This document shows positions 18,829 through 28,381 of a DNA stretch of 64,000 nucleotides, in pieces. A program made the position numbers and the translations under genes. The notes under the pieces are model-generated. The model worked only from the letters and a program-made list of their open reading frames with translations. It had not been told where the DNA came from and did not search any database. This stretch comes from Patescibacteria group bacterium. GTDB taxonomy: Bacteria; Patescibacteriota; Minisyncoccia; Phycocordibacterales; Phycocordibacteraceae. The DNA is taken from NCBI GenBank assembly GCA_018826905.1, contig JAHJYC010000003.1:36963-100962 (forward strand). The letters are read 5' to 3'. Every line of letters begins with the position of its first letter. The stretch's first letter is position 1.

Positions 18829-20577
18829 TTGGTACAATGCGCTCACATGTTCCCACTCTCCAAAGAACTAGACGAAGGCATACGCAAGGAACTCAGTGCG
18901 TACGATGATTTCACGGCGTCACTGCTTGCCCGCAGAGGACTTATAACAAAAGAAGCAGCAGAAGCGTTTCTCAGTCCTTCCTATGATGAGCATATCCACG
19001 ACCCTATGCTCATGAAGGATATGCCGAAGGCTGCAGCAAGACTGGCGGATGCAATAGCAAAGAAAGAAAAGATTGCAGTTTGGAGTGATTACGATTGCGA
19101 CGGTATTCCGGGAGGAGTGTTGCTCCATGACTTTCTTAAAAAGGCAGGGGCAAACTTTGTGAATTACATTCCTCACAGACATAACGAGGGGTACGGGGTG
19201 AATATCCCTGGGCTAGAATCGCTCGCTCGTGATGGCGTTACTCTTGTGGTGACTGTTGACTCGGGAATCGTAGACAATATCCCTGTAGCGCACGCACGTA
19301 CGTTAGGTATGGATGTCATCGTGACAGATCACCACCTTCCTCAAGAAGGTTTGCCTGAAGCTTATGCAGTATTGAATCCGAATGCACACCCTGATGAAAC
19401 GTATCCGTACAAGAGTTTGTGTGGGGCAGGGGTAGCGTGGAAACTCGTGTGCGCCACGCTTGCCATTGGATTCCCTGGAAGAGAAGAAATTCCAGAGGGA
19501 TGGGAGAAGTGGCTTCTAGACATGGCAGGTCTTTCAACAATTGCAGATATGGTTCCCCTTACAGGAGAGAACAGGGTTATCGCTTCTTACGGACTCTTGG
19601 TTATGCGAAAATCCCCGCGTATTGGATTACAGAAACTGTGTAAGATAGCGAGAGTACAGCAATCAAAAATAACCGAGGATGATGTTGGGTTTATGATTGG
19701 TCCGCGCATCAATGCAGCGTCACGCATGGGAGACCCCCGAGATGCATTTCTTTTGCTCTCAACAACGGATGAGTCTGAAGCAGATCTTCTTGCAAAGAAA
19801 CTGGAGTCTTTGAATCGCTCACGTAGAGCAACTGCTGGAGCTATTACTCGTGCAGTGCATGAGCGGTTGGAAGAACGAAAAGTTCTCGGCACGCTTCCTG
19901 CAGTTATTGCGCTTGGTGACCCGGACTGGAGACCGGGACTCCTTGGTCTTGTTGCGAATGGCATTGCAGAGGAATATGGGAGACCAACCTTCCTCTGGGG
20001 AAGAGAGGGAAACGATACTATAAAAGGATCATGTAGGAGCGGTCCGGGAAAAGTACATTTGCTTTCGCTTATGACAGAAGCAAAAGACGCTTTCATTGAA
20101 TTTGGAGGACATGCGGCGTCTGGGGGATTTTCAGTCGCAGCAGAATCAGTGTTCACACTTGAGGAGCAGTTGTCTGCGGCGCTTGCCTCGCTCCCTGAAA
20201 AAGAAATTGAAGCAGAAGACGCAGACAAACATATTGCTCCAGAAGATGCTACGCATAAACTATTGAAATCTTTAGAGCGGTTTGCGCCTTTCGGCATGGG
20301 TAACCCAAAACCAACTTTTGCACTGCATGATGTTCGTGTTGAATCAGTGTCTTGGTTTGGAAAGGCAGAGGAGCATTTACGTTTACATATTGGAAGAGGG
20401 CACGAAGAGTTCCCGGATACCCCACTTGAGGCAATTACATTTTATGCGAGAAGGGAATTTGGAGAGAAATGCGATACGTTAACCGCAGGGGCAAGCGTGC
20501 ATCTTTTAGCGCATCTTGAGAAAGACCAGTTTAAGCGAGGGCAACCGGTACGGCTTCGCATTATTTCACTGCGCTAG
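18829..20577 (+). CDS. recJ: single-stranded-DNA-specific exonuclease RecJ
   Basis: DHH motifs (WSDYDCDGI, VIVTDHHLPQ), DHHA1 region, C-terminal OB-like region; 582 aa. Confidence 0.85.
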   Translation: MVQCAHMFPLSKELDEGIRKELSAYDDFTASLLARRGLITKEAAEAFLSPSYDEHIHDPMLMKDMPKAAARLADAIAKKEKIAVWSDYDCDGIPGGVLLHDFLKKAGANFVNYIPHRHNEGYGVNIPGLESLARDGVTLVVTVDSGIVDNIPVAHARTLGMDVIVTDHHLPQEGLPEAYAVLNPNAHPDETYPYKSLCGAGVAWKLVCATLAIGFPGREEIPEGWEKWLLDMAGLSTIADMVPLTGENRVIASYGLLVMRKSPRIGLQKLCKIARVQQSKITEDDVGFMIGPRINAASRMGDPRDAFLLLSTTDESEADLLAKKLESLNRSRRATAGAITRAVHERLEERKVLGTLPAVIALGDPDWRPGLLGLVANGIAEEYGRPTFLWGREGNDTIKGSCRSGPGKVHLLSLMTEAKDAFIEFGGHAASGGFSVAAESVFTLEEQLSAALASLPEKEIEAEDADKHIAPEDATHKLLKSLERFAPFGMGNPKPTFALHDVRVESVSWFGKAEEHLRLHIGRGHEEFPDTPLEAITFYARREFGEKCDTLTAGASVHLLAHLEKDQFKRGQPVRLRIISLR

Positions 20578-20615
20578 TCGCTGTTTCCTTTATCGCTATT
20601 GCTATACTGACTTGC

Positions 20616-21032
20616 ATGCAATTTACTCTTTACGCAGACGGGGGCTCCAGAGGAAATCCAGGACCTGCCGGCGCCGGCGCAATTGTAAGAGATGAGACAG
20701 GAGAGACTGTTGTTGAAGTCTCTGAGTTTTTAGGACATGCAACGAACAATATTGCTGAGTACACTGCAGTACTTCGTGCTCTTGAAGTACTTTCTGAAAA
20801 ACTTGGACCAGAGGCCGTAAAGGCAACAGTCCATGTTCGCTTGGACAGCATGCTCGTTGTGCGTCAGATGATGAAGCAATGGAAGTTAAAAAACGAAGGG
20901 CTAAAGCCGCTTGCTGCACGAGTAGAGGAGCTTATGCAGAATTTTAATTCTGTCTCTTTTGAGCATGTATACAGAGAAGACAACACTGACGCAGACAGGC
21001 TCGCAAATAGAGCGATGGATCGGGGGAGGTAA
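20616..21032 (+). CDS. rnhA: ribonuclease HI
   Basis: LYADGGSRGNPGPAGAGAIV...NNIAEYTAVLRALE...TDADRLAN: DEDD catalytic residues of RNase H1. Confidence 0.85.
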   Translation: MQFTLYADGGSRGNPGPAGAGAIVRDETGETVVEVSEFLGHATNNIAEYTAVLRALEVLSEKLGPEAVKATVHVRLDSMLVVRQMMKQWKLKNEGLKPLAARVEELMQNFNSVSFEHVYREDNTDADRLANRAMDRGR

Positions 21033-21040
21033 TTGTTTTC

Positions 21041-22501
21041 ATGGACAAGACACTTCTTCTTGCAGTGTTTCTAGGTTTTGTAAGTGGCATCATTTGCCGC
21101 TCTTTTTATGATATTCCCTCTGAAATATTCGTATTAGGGTTGCTTCTTGTAAGTATTTTTATTTTTGCGTGGGTAGTTAATCGTGGGGCAGCATACGCGT
21201 TCTGCGGAATATTTTTATGTATGGCATTGCTTGGGGCATATAGAACCGATCTCGCAACACAAGGCATGGCGGATGCATTTAAGGAACAGATAGGGCAACG
21301 GACAGCATACGAAGGGAAGGTAATAACCGATCCAGATATACGAGAAACAACTCAGCGCGTAACAGTTGCGGTGGAAGGAGGAAAGATACTTGTTGTCGCA
21401 CCCTTGTATCCAAAAGTTATGTATGGAGAAACGGTCCGTATTGAGGGTGTGCTCGTAGAGCCCGAGCCGTTTGATACTACCGGAGGAAGAACATTTCAGT
21501 ACGACAAGTTTTTGCAAAAAGACGAGATATTTGTGCTTATGCAGAGGGCTCACATAAGTAGAGTGCACGAAGCTGAGGGCTTAGACGCAGGAATGGCCTT
21601 TCTGTTTGGGCTGAGACATTCTTTTCTCTCCGCACTTTCGTACGCACTTCCAGAACCGCATTCTGCACTTGCTGGAGGGCTGATTGCAGGCGGTAAGCAG
21701 GGTTTGGGTACTACGTTACTCGCTGCATTCGTATTGTCAGGATTAGTGCACATAGTTGTGCTGTCGGGCTATAACGTAATGATTGTTGCTGAGGCAGTGC
21801 TCAGGTTCTTTGCGTTCCTTCCAAAGCGCACGGGTGCAGTACTGGCCTTAATTGTTATCGGGGCGTTTGTCCTTGCTGCTGGCGCTGGCGCCGCCAGTAT
21901 CCGTGCGGGCATTATGGCGGGGCTTGCACTCGTAGCCCGCGCCACAGGAAGAACGTACGCAGTTATACGAGCACTGCTTGTCGCTGCTTTTTTGATGCTT
22001 CTTCTAAACCCGCACCTCCTTATGCTTGATCCAGGTTTCCAGCTTTCATTTGTTGCTACGTTTGGGCTTATTGTCGGAGCGCCATTATTGTCTGAAAAAC
22101 TTAGAATGATCAAGAATACCTTTGTGAAAGAATTGCTTGCATCTACGCTCGCAGCGCAAATAGCAGTTCTCCCTCTACTTTTGTATCAAACAGGGGTTCT
22201 CTCTCTTGTATCCCTTCCGGCAAACTTAGCAGTTCTCCCTGCAGTTCCGTTGGCGATGTTGCTCTCTGCTGTTGCTGGGGTTGCGGGTCTATTAAGTACC
22301 ACACTTGCTCCAATATTTGGATTACCTGCCTTCGCAGTACTTTCTTACATTATTGCCGTAACAGAAAAAACAGCTAGCCTGCCATTTGCAGGGGTGTCAC
22401 TCCCAGTGTTTCCATTCTGGATAGTTCTAATCGCGTATGGGGCTCTCGGTATTGGCGCGCACTTTCTCTCAAAGAAGAGTCTTATAGCAAGGCCTTGTTA
22501 A
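21041..22501 (+). CDS. comEC: ComEC/Rec2 membrane channel portion (DUF4131 + Competence domain), lacking the C-terminal MBL domain
   Basis: Polytopic membrane protein with an N-terminal OB-like region and the ComEC competence-domain helices; 486 aa. Confidence 0.75.
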   Translation: MDKTLLLAVFLGFVSGIICRSFYDIPSEIFVLGLLLVSIFIFAWVVNRGAAYAFCGIFLCMALLGAYRTDLATQGMADAFKEQIGQRTAYEGKVITDPDIRETTQRVTVAVEGGKILVVAPLYPKVMYGETVRIEGVLVEPEPFDTTGGRTFQYDKFLQKDEIFVLMQRAHISRVHEAEGLDAGMAFLFGLRHSFLSALSYALPEPHSALAGGLIAGGKQGLGTTLLAAFVLSGLVHIVVLSGYNVMIVAEAVLRFFAFLPKRTGAVLALIVIGAFVLAAGAGAASIRAGIMAGLALVARATGRTYAVIRALLVAAFLMLLLNPHLLMLDPGFQLSFVATFGLIVGAPLLSEKLRMIKNTFVKELLASTLAAQIAVLPLLLYQTGVLSLVSLPANLAVLPAVPLAMLLSAVAGVAGLLSTTLAPIFGLPAFAVLSYIIAVTEKTASLPFAGVSLPVFPFWIVLIAYGALGIGAHFLSKKSLIARPC

Positions 22502-23078
22502 TGCGTGCTTCTGCAACAGACCAATTAACGTTCTCTAGAAACGCCTCAACGTATGTTTTCTTTTCTGCAGGAACGTAATCAACCATAAAAGCATGCTCCC
22601 AAAGATCTATGGCGAGGACGATAGGCAGTCCTGAAAGTTGCCCGATCTCATGGTCATTCACAAATGCTGTATGAAGCGTTTCTGCAACAGCATCAAAGTA
22701 CACAACCACCCAGCCGATGCCACGAGTCCCCGCAACCTCTTTCATGTGTGCAATAAACTCGCCCCACCCTCCATATTTCTCCGTCGCTACTTTTAGGAGG
22801 TTTCCTTCGCTATTTGCTGCCTGGGGCCCTCCAACGAATTGGTCAAAATAATACTCGTGCATACGCATGCCATCAAATTCAAATCCAAGACGGCGACGGA
22901 GCTCTGCAATGACGAATGCATTTGATTCAGCATTCTCAGATCGAAGCCGTTGGATAGTTTCAAGAATAAGATTCACGTGCTTTACGTACCCTTCGTATAG
23001 TGCGAGGTGTACATCAATTTGTTTCTTGGAAAGTCCCTTTAGCTCAGGGAGGTCAAAAGTGCGGGTACTGTAAATCAT
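22482..23078 (-). CDS. sod: Fe/Mn superoxide dismutase
   Basis: 198 aa; HxxxHH-like N-domain (VHLALYEGY), DLWEHAFMVDY C-terminal signature. Confidence 0.9.
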   Translation of the reverse strand: MIYSTRTFDLPELKGLSKKQIDVHLALYEGYVKHVNLILETIQRLRSENAESNAFVIAELRRRLGFEFDGMRMHEYYFDQFVGGPQAANSEGNLLKVATEKYGGWGEFIAHMKEVAGTRGIGWVVVYFDAVAETLHTAFVNDHEIGQLSGLPIVLAIDLWEHAFMVDYVPAEKKTYVEAFLENVNWSVAEARINKALL

Positions 23079-23148
23079 AGATATATATCGTTAAGTAGTA
23101 CTAGTATACCGTCTCGGCCAATGAGCGTTCTATGAGTATTCTTAGATC

Positions 23149-24033
23149 ATGCAACGACGCGCAATTCTGTGGCTTCTTCTGATTGTAGTGTGTTCCATTA
23201 ATCTACTTGTCTTTGTTGCTACTCGCTTACCCGCGCCTTCGGGGACAATGGAGGTTTCTTTTCTTGACGTAGGCCAAGGAGACGCAATTCTCATAACAGG
23301 ACCAACAGGGATCCAGTTGCTTGTAGATGGAGGGAGAGATAGGTCTGCGGTGCGCGAGCTCCCGAAGGTAATGAATCTTTTAGATAGGCGTATTGAGATG
23401 GTCTTAGCAACGCATCCAGATGCAGACCATATTGGCGGACTCCCAGATGTTCTGAGCCGGTATCGTGTGTCCTATGTTCTTACTCCGGGCCGCGAGGGAG
23501 AGAGTGAAGTATTCAGTTCGTTTGAAGAGAGCATAAAAAATGAAAGCGGAGCAAAAGAGCTGGTTGCCCGGGCAGGAATGAGAATCAATTTAGGTGGGGG
23601 ATCGTACGCTGACGTCCTGTATCCAGGAGACAATGTTGCGCAACTGCGAGAACCAAATGATGCGTCTGTGATACTACGTGTCGTGTATGGTGATACAGAA
23701 TTTCTTCTTACAGGAGATGCTCCTTCGTGGGTGGAGGAGCGGCTTGTCTCCCAGTATGGAGCTAGTCTCCAAAGCGATGTTCTTAAAGCAGGACATCATG
23801 GGTCGCGCTCATCAACAAGTAAGCTCTGGCTTGCCATAGTGCAGCCTGAGGTGGTCGTTGTTTCTGCTGGAGAAAATAATAGTTATGGACACCCGCACCC
23901 TGAAGTCTTGGAGAATGTAGAGAAGAGTGGTGCCACTCTTCTCTCTACGGTTTCCGAAGGAACTATTACGTATGTGTCGGATGGAATCACGTATGAGCGT
24001 AAAAGATTGACAGGGGTAGGTTGGTGGCGTTAA
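23149..24033 (+). CDS. ComEC C-terminal-type metallo-beta-lactamase domain protein (separate gene with its own N-terminal TM)
   Basis: SFLDVGQGDAILI, HPDADHIGG, LTGDAPSWVEERL, KAGHHGSRSS, VVSAGENNSYGHPHPEVL: ComEC Lactamase_B-domain motifs. Confidence 0.8.
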   Translation: MQRRAILWLLLIVVCSINLLVFVATRLPAPSGTMEVSFLDVGQGDAILITGPTGIQLLVDGGRDRSAVRELPKVMNLLDRRIEMVLATHPDADHIGGLPDVLSRYRVSYVLTPGREGESEVFSSFEESIKNESGAKELVARAGMRINLGGGSYADVLYPGDNVAQLREPNDASVILRVVYGDTEFLLTGDAPSWVEERLVSQYGASLQSDVLKAGHHGSRSSTSKLWLAIVQPEVVVVSAGENNSYGHPHPEVLENVEKSGATLLSTVSEGTITYVSDGITYERKRLTGVGWWR

Positions 24034-24064
24034 GTAGCTACACAGTTCATTGGGAGAGAAGGCC

Positions 24065-24337
24065 ATGCGAGAGAATCAAGAAGTCCCCGCTAGGGGCGGA
24101 CTTCGGAAAGGTGCCGGGAGGTACAAGGAGAAGCGGTGGTACCGCATCATCTTCCACGGCAAGCCGAAACAGCGCGTCAAGGCAGAGGACGACGAGGAAG
24201 CGCGGACTCTGGTGGCTTTCAAGCTGCACTTGCCACATCCGCTCACCGAAGAAGACTTCGTGCGCGTGCACGGCAAGAAGATCCTGGACGACAACAACGT
24301 CCAGATTTTCCCACCGAAAAAAGACACTCGGCACTAA
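24065..24337 (+). CDS. high-GC small basic protein, 90 aa, unknown family
   Basis: gggagagaagg SD then ATG at 24065 (MRENQEVPARGG...RWYRIIFHGKPKQRVK...); GC3 biased; nested between the comEC C-terminal gene and the rpmB 3' end. Confidence 0.5.
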   Translation: MRENQEVPARGGLRKGAGRYKEKRWYRIIFHGKPKQRVKAEDDEEARTLVAFKLHLPHPLTEEDFVRVHGKKILDDNNVQIFPPKKDTRH

Positions 24338-24341
24338 GAAC

Positions 24342-24366
24342 AAAACCGCCAGCGGCGGTTTTTCCT
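24342..24366. terminator. bidirectional rho-independent terminator between the high-GC ORF and rpmB
   Basis: aaaaccgccagcggcggtttttcc. Confidence 0.65.
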
Positions 24367-24609
24367 TTATATAACTCCTGCTTTCTTGAGAGTGGCGTGT
24401 GCGCCGTTCTTCTTGATGTGACGCATGCCCTTGGCGCTTATGTCCACAAGGACTGCTTTCCCAAGTTCAAGAACAAAGATACGACGCTTCTGAAGATTCG
24501 CCTTACGACGGACCTTTCCTGTTGGGTTGAATTGAGTCGCACGGGTGCGGTTTGAATACCGTCCGCCAATTTGCGTACTCTTTCCGGTTACTGCGCATTC
24601 GCGTGCCAT
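24367..24609 (-). CDS. rpmB: 50S ribosomal protein L28
   Basis: MARECAVTGKSTQIGG...RRKANLQKRRIFV... L28 signature. Confidence 0.85.
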   Translation of the reverse strand: MARECAVTGKSTQIGGRYSNRTRATQFNPTGKVRRKANLQKRRIFVLELGKAVLVDISAKGMRHIKKNGAHATLKKAGVI

Positions 24610-24656
24610 AGTTCACGCATGCTAGCATACAGAGACGTATTTGAGCAACCTGACCC

Positions 24657-25286
24657 ATGTCCATGATTTTCCTTACAATCGCAATCCTTATTATTTCCGT
24701 GATTATTCACGAGGTGGCTCATGGGTGGGCGGCGAACGCCCTTGGAGACCCAACAGCCAAATTGCAGGGCCGTTTGTCGCTTAATCCTGTCCGTCACATA
24801 GATCCAATAGGATCTATCCTCATTCCAGCTGTACTAGTTATTACGCAATCAAGCTTTCTGTTTGGTTGGGCGAAGCCAGTTCCGTACAATCCGTATAACC
24901 TAAAGAATCAGCGCTGGGGCGAAGCAATTGTTGGGTCTGCTGGAGTTCTTACAAACCTGCTTTTAGCAGTTATTTTTGCGGTGATTACACGGGCTGCGGC
25001 AGGAGCCGGAATGATTGAGTTCGCACTTTTGGCAGCCATCGTTGTTTCAGTGAATCTTTCGCTCGGTATCTTTAACTTGCTCCCTATTCCTCCGCTTGAT
25101 GGCTACACGGTACTGCGCGGACTTCTTCCCTATAAAATGTCTATGGCATTTCGTGAATTTGAGGAGCGAATTCTTCAAGGGGGCATCTTTTCGCTCATAC
25201 TTATATTGTTCCTGTTTTCCTATTTCCTTTCCGCACCATTCGGAGCCTTGATAAGAACGGTATTCAAATTCTTGGTGGGAGCCTAG
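24657..25286 (+). CDS. site-2 protease (peptidase M50) family membrane metalloprotease
   Basis: HEVAHGWAA HExxH inside a TM helix; polytopic; 209 aa. Confidence 0.65.
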   Translation: MSMIFLTIAILIISVIIHEVAHGWAANALGDPTAKLQGRLSLNPVRHIDPIGSILIPAVLVITQSSFLFGWAKPVPYNPYNLKNQRWGEAIVGSAGVLTNLLLAVIFAVITRAAAGAGMIEFALLAAIVVSVNLSLGIFNLLPIPPLDGYTVLRGLLPYKMSMAFREFEERILQGGIFSLILILFLFSYFLSAPFGALIRTVFKFLVGA

Positions 25287-25310
25287 TATATAGAACAATT
25301 GTTCTATATA
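25287..25310. promoter_or_regulatory. LexA operator (Cheo-type SOS box GAAC-N4-GTTC) within a 24-bp perfect palindrome
   Basis: tatatagaacaattgttctatata ends 8 nt before the lexA ATG. Confidence 0.6.
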
Positions 25311-25318
25311 CTGTGTGA

Positions 25319-25885
25319 ATGACACAGGATCGTAAAAGGAAGGTACTTGCGTTCTATCGCGCCCAGAAGCGCATGCCTTCTATAACGGAGCTTATGAAGC
25401 TTTTTAGTTTAGAGTCCCGCAGCGCTGCCTTCTATGCGGCAAATAAACTAATTGAGGAGGGAATTCTTGAAAAGGATTCCTCTGGGAAGCTACTCCCTGC
25501 TGCAGGACTTTTTTCAGTCCCACTTGTGGGACATATACGTGCGGGTTTCGCGGCGCCCGCAGAAGAAGAATTAGCCGATACTATTTCAATAGGAGATTTT
25601 CTTTTGGACAATCCAAATGCAAGTTACTTACTGCAGGTCTCTGGGGACTCTATGGAAGACGCAGGAATTCGCGAGGGAGACATGGTTGTCTTTGAGCGTA
25701 CACAGAATGTGAAGCCGGGAGATATTGTCGTTGCCTTAACGGAAGACGGGTACACGCTTAAATATTTACGAAAGAAAGGAAAGGTCTTTTATCTTGAAGC
25801 AGCAAACAGCGCGTACCCTGATATTCACCCAAGAGAAGGGGAGATTGTGGGGAGAGTTACCTCTACCTTTAGGAAGTACACATAA
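25319..25885 (+). CDS. lexA: LexA repressor (S24 peptidase)
   Basis: wHTH N-domain; cleavage site AG in VGHIRAGFAAP; catalytic S (SGDSM) and K (LKYLRKKGK). Confidence 0.85.
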   Translation: MTQDRKRKVLAFYRAQKRMPSITELMKLFSLESRSAAFYAANKLIEEGILEKDSSGKLLPAAGLFSVPLVGHIRAGFAAPAEEELADTISIGDFLLDNPNASYLLQVSGDSMEDAGIREGDMVVFERTQNVKPGDIVVALTEDGYTLKYLRKKGKVFYLEAANSAYPDIHPREGEIVGRVTSTFRKYT

Positions 25886-25888
25886 CGT

Positions 25889-27157
25889 ATGGAGCGCTCT
25901 TACCCACGAGCGATACTGCATTTTGATGGTGATGCATTTTTTGCATCAGTTGAGCAAGCGAAAGACTGGCGACTAAGAGGAAAGCCTGTTGTTACAGGAG
26001 GCGAACGAGGCGCTGCCACGTCGCTTTCGTACGAGGCGAAGGCTCGCGGTATTCACCGAAGTATGCCGATGCACGAGATCAGGAGAATCTGCCCGGACGT
26101 AGTTATCGTGTCTTCTGACTACACTTCGTACTCGCTTTTTGCGCGACGGATGTATGCCATTGTGCGGGAGTATACCGATGCAGTTGAGGAGTACAGCATT
26201 GATGAATGTTTTGCTGACATAACGGGACTTGAGCAGAGTCTCGACATGTCTTACGAAGAAATCGGCAAAACAATTAAAGCGAAGTTAGAAACGAGTCTCG
26301 GTATTACGTTTGGTGTGGGACTTTCCGTTACAAAGACACTTGCAAAAGTAGCATCTAAGCACAGAAAACCTGCAGGCTTTACAACAATCCCGGTGGAGAA
26401 AATTGAGGAGTATTTAGGGCAGACTGAAATTTATGATATTTGGGGATTGGGTGGCGCCTCTGGAGGGCACCTAAGAAAGTCTGGAGTTAGTACGGCGCTT
26501 GAATATATTCAGAAGGATGAAGGATGGCTTAAAGATCACGGCATCGTAAAGCCGCAGCGAGCTACTTGGCTTGAGTTGCAAGGACACTCAGTGCTTTCGC
26601 TGGGGAGCGGTGTTCGTGCACTCCCGCACTCAGTTATGAAGACACGCACGTTCTCTCCGCCATCTATGGATAGGGAGTATGTCTTTTCTCAACTCTCAAA
26701 GAATGTGGAAGCTGCGTGTGTGAAGTTGCGGAAGGAGGGGCTCAGAGCACATGCGTTAAGTTTTTATTTAAAGACTCAGGAGTTTACATACCATGGTGTG
26801 CAGATAGATTTTCCTGTTGCCTTGTCTGAACCTTCGCAGCTACTCGCGCATATAGAGAAGAGATTTAATGAAGTATACGCAACAGAGATTTTGTATCGGG
26901 CGAGCGGGGTAACGCTGCGCTCGCTCGTACCATCTGTTGCTGTTACGCCTGATTTGTTTGGAGAGTTTAAACAGATCTCTGAAAAGCAGGAAACATTTTC
27001 AACTCTTGATGCGCTCAACAAAAAGTTTGGAAGACATACGGTTTTTCTTGCGTCTAGCATGCGCGCCCTTGGAGTTGAGGCCAGAGACACTTTTCTTCGT
27101 GCAGGACCGCAGCACAAGAAGCGGATAAATATTCCGTATCTGGGGGAAGTTACATAA
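25889..27157 (+). CDS. dinB: Y-family DNA polymerase IV
   Basis: ILHFDGDAFFASVE (catalytic D/F motif), SIDECFADITG, little-finger domain; 422 aa; 3 nt after the lexA stop. Confidence 0.85.
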   Translation: MERSYPRAILHFDGDAFFASVEQAKDWRLRGKPVVTGGERGAATSLSYEAKARGIHRSMPMHEIRRICPDVVIVSSDYTSYSLFARRMYAIVREYTDAVEEYSIDECFADITGLEQSLDMSYEEIGKTIKAKLETSLGITFGVGLSVTKTLAKVASKHRKPAGFTTIPVEKIEEYLGQTEIYDIWGLGGASGGHLRKSGVSTALEYIQKDEGWLKDHGIVKPQRATWLELQGHSVLSLGSGVRALPHSVMKTRTFSPPSMDREYVFSQLSKNVEAACVKLRKEGLRAHALSFYLKTQEFTYHGVQIDFPVALSEPSQLLAHIEKRFNEVYATEILYRASGVTLRSLVPSVAVTPDLFGEFKQISEKQETFSTLDALNKKFGRHTVFLASSMRALGVEARDTFLRAGPQHKKRINIPYLGEVT

Positions 27158-27166
27158 AAAACACCC

Positions 27167-27436
27167 CTATCGTTGCGGGGTGCGTGATGGATGGCGCTCA
27201 TCATATTCAAGCATAAGGGCTCGTTCCAGGATTCTCCTCCCCTCAGGCGAATCGTGTGCAAAGGGAAGATCTAGCTCCTTGTATTTGGTGTGAGCGACTT
27301 TTTGAGCCTCTCTGCTGCTGAAAGAGCCTCCTTCCGCAAGTGTGAGCAGCAGGTCTGCCTGATGCTCATACAGACGGCTCAGCTTTTTGACGAGATTTTT
27401 TACGAGGGATTCCTCGTGTGGCGAAAGTGGTGCCAT
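27167..27436 (-). CDS. hypothetical small cytoplasmic protein (89 aa) with strong SD
   Basis: aaggagg SD 8 nt upstream of ATG; terminator hairpin caccccgcaacgataggggtg downstream. Confidence 0.4.
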   Translation of the reverse strand: MAPLSPHEESLVKNLVKKLSRLYEHQADLLLTLAEGGSFSSREAQKVAHTKYKELDLPFAHDSPEGRRILERALMLEYDERHPSRTPQR

Positions 27437-27520
27437 AAGTTGTGCCTCCTTTCAGGAAGTAGACTTATTGCGTCTGGCGCCCTTATGGGTCTGAGTAAAT
27501 TATGTTATAAATCTTGATAT

Positions 27521-28381
27521 ATGCAAGAGGATCGTATACGGCGGCTCATTTCCTACGCCCCGGCTGGTTTTGGGGCCGTAGTGCTTGTTGCTGCACTGCT
27601 GGCCATTGCAACTGCTCCACAGCTTCCTGTGGGCGGGCTTCCTGCTGCTGTAGTTTCAGGATCAGTGTTCTCCCTTACGAATCAAGAGCGCGCGAGCGAA
27701 GGAGTACAGGCTTTAATTCGGAATACTAAGCTTGATCGGGCTGCGCAGATGAAAGCTGAGGACATGGCGAACAAGTCGTACTATGCACATGTTTCTCCAG
27801 AGGGTCTTACGCCAATGCATTTTGTGGATCGGGCAGGGTACAGCTATTTGATGGTGGGAGAGAACCTGGTTGTAAACCGAGATTCTGCGCAAGAAGTGAT
27901 TAGTGCATTTATGGGGTCTCCCGGACACCGTACAAATATACTCCGTTCTGAGTTTACAGATATTGGGGTGGGGGTTGCGAATGGTACCTATAAAGGAAAG
28001 GAGGCGGTGTTTGTTGTGCAGATTTTTGCTGCTCCGAGGGCAGAGGCACCTAAGTCAGTACCGAAGAAAATTGTTTCCATAGAAGAAAAGATAGCTACTC
28101 CTAAAAAGGAAGAAGTAAAACCTGCACCGCTTCCCGCACTTGCTGAAAAAGTAGAGGATGCTCTGTCTCCGATTTTAGTCCCTATAGCTGAAGCAACGAG
28201 TACTGCTGTTGTGGCGTCTTCAACTGAAGAGACTGTACTCGTTCCTGCATTCTCTATCTCTTCTACGAATGCGATTGAGCTATACGCAGTTGAAGAAAGG
28301 AAACCAATTAGTGCGAGAGAAAGAGTTCAGCAATCTTTGCGATCTTGGCTAAAACAATTTCAGGCACGCTTTGTGTTCTAA
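27521..28381 (+). CDS. CAP/SCP/YkwD-domain protein with N-terminal TM anchor and Ser/Thr-rich C-terminus
   Basis: GYSYLMVGENLV...SAFMGSPGHRTNILRSEFTDIGVGVA CAP-domain core. Confidence 0.7.
   Translation: MQEDRIRRLISYAPAGFGAVVLVAALLAIATAPQLPVGGLPAAVVSGSVFSLTNQERASEGVQALIRNTKLDRAAQMKAEDMANKSYYAHVSPEGLTPMHFVDRAGYSYLMVGENLVVNRDSAQEVISAFMGSPGHRTNILRSEFTDIGVGVANGTYKGKEAVFVVQIFAAPRAEAPKSVPKKIVSIEEKIATPKKEEVKPAPLPALAEKVEDALSPILVPIAEATSTAVVASSTEETVLVPAFSISSTNAIELYAVEERKPISARERVQQSLRSWLKQFQARFVF

Noticed and set aside
24024-24398. 7-mer GTGGCGT on both sides of cassette 3 as a potential target-site duplication
   Set aside because: Both copies lie inside the flanking coding sequences (the comEC C-terminal gene and rpmB), so it is most likely coincidence.
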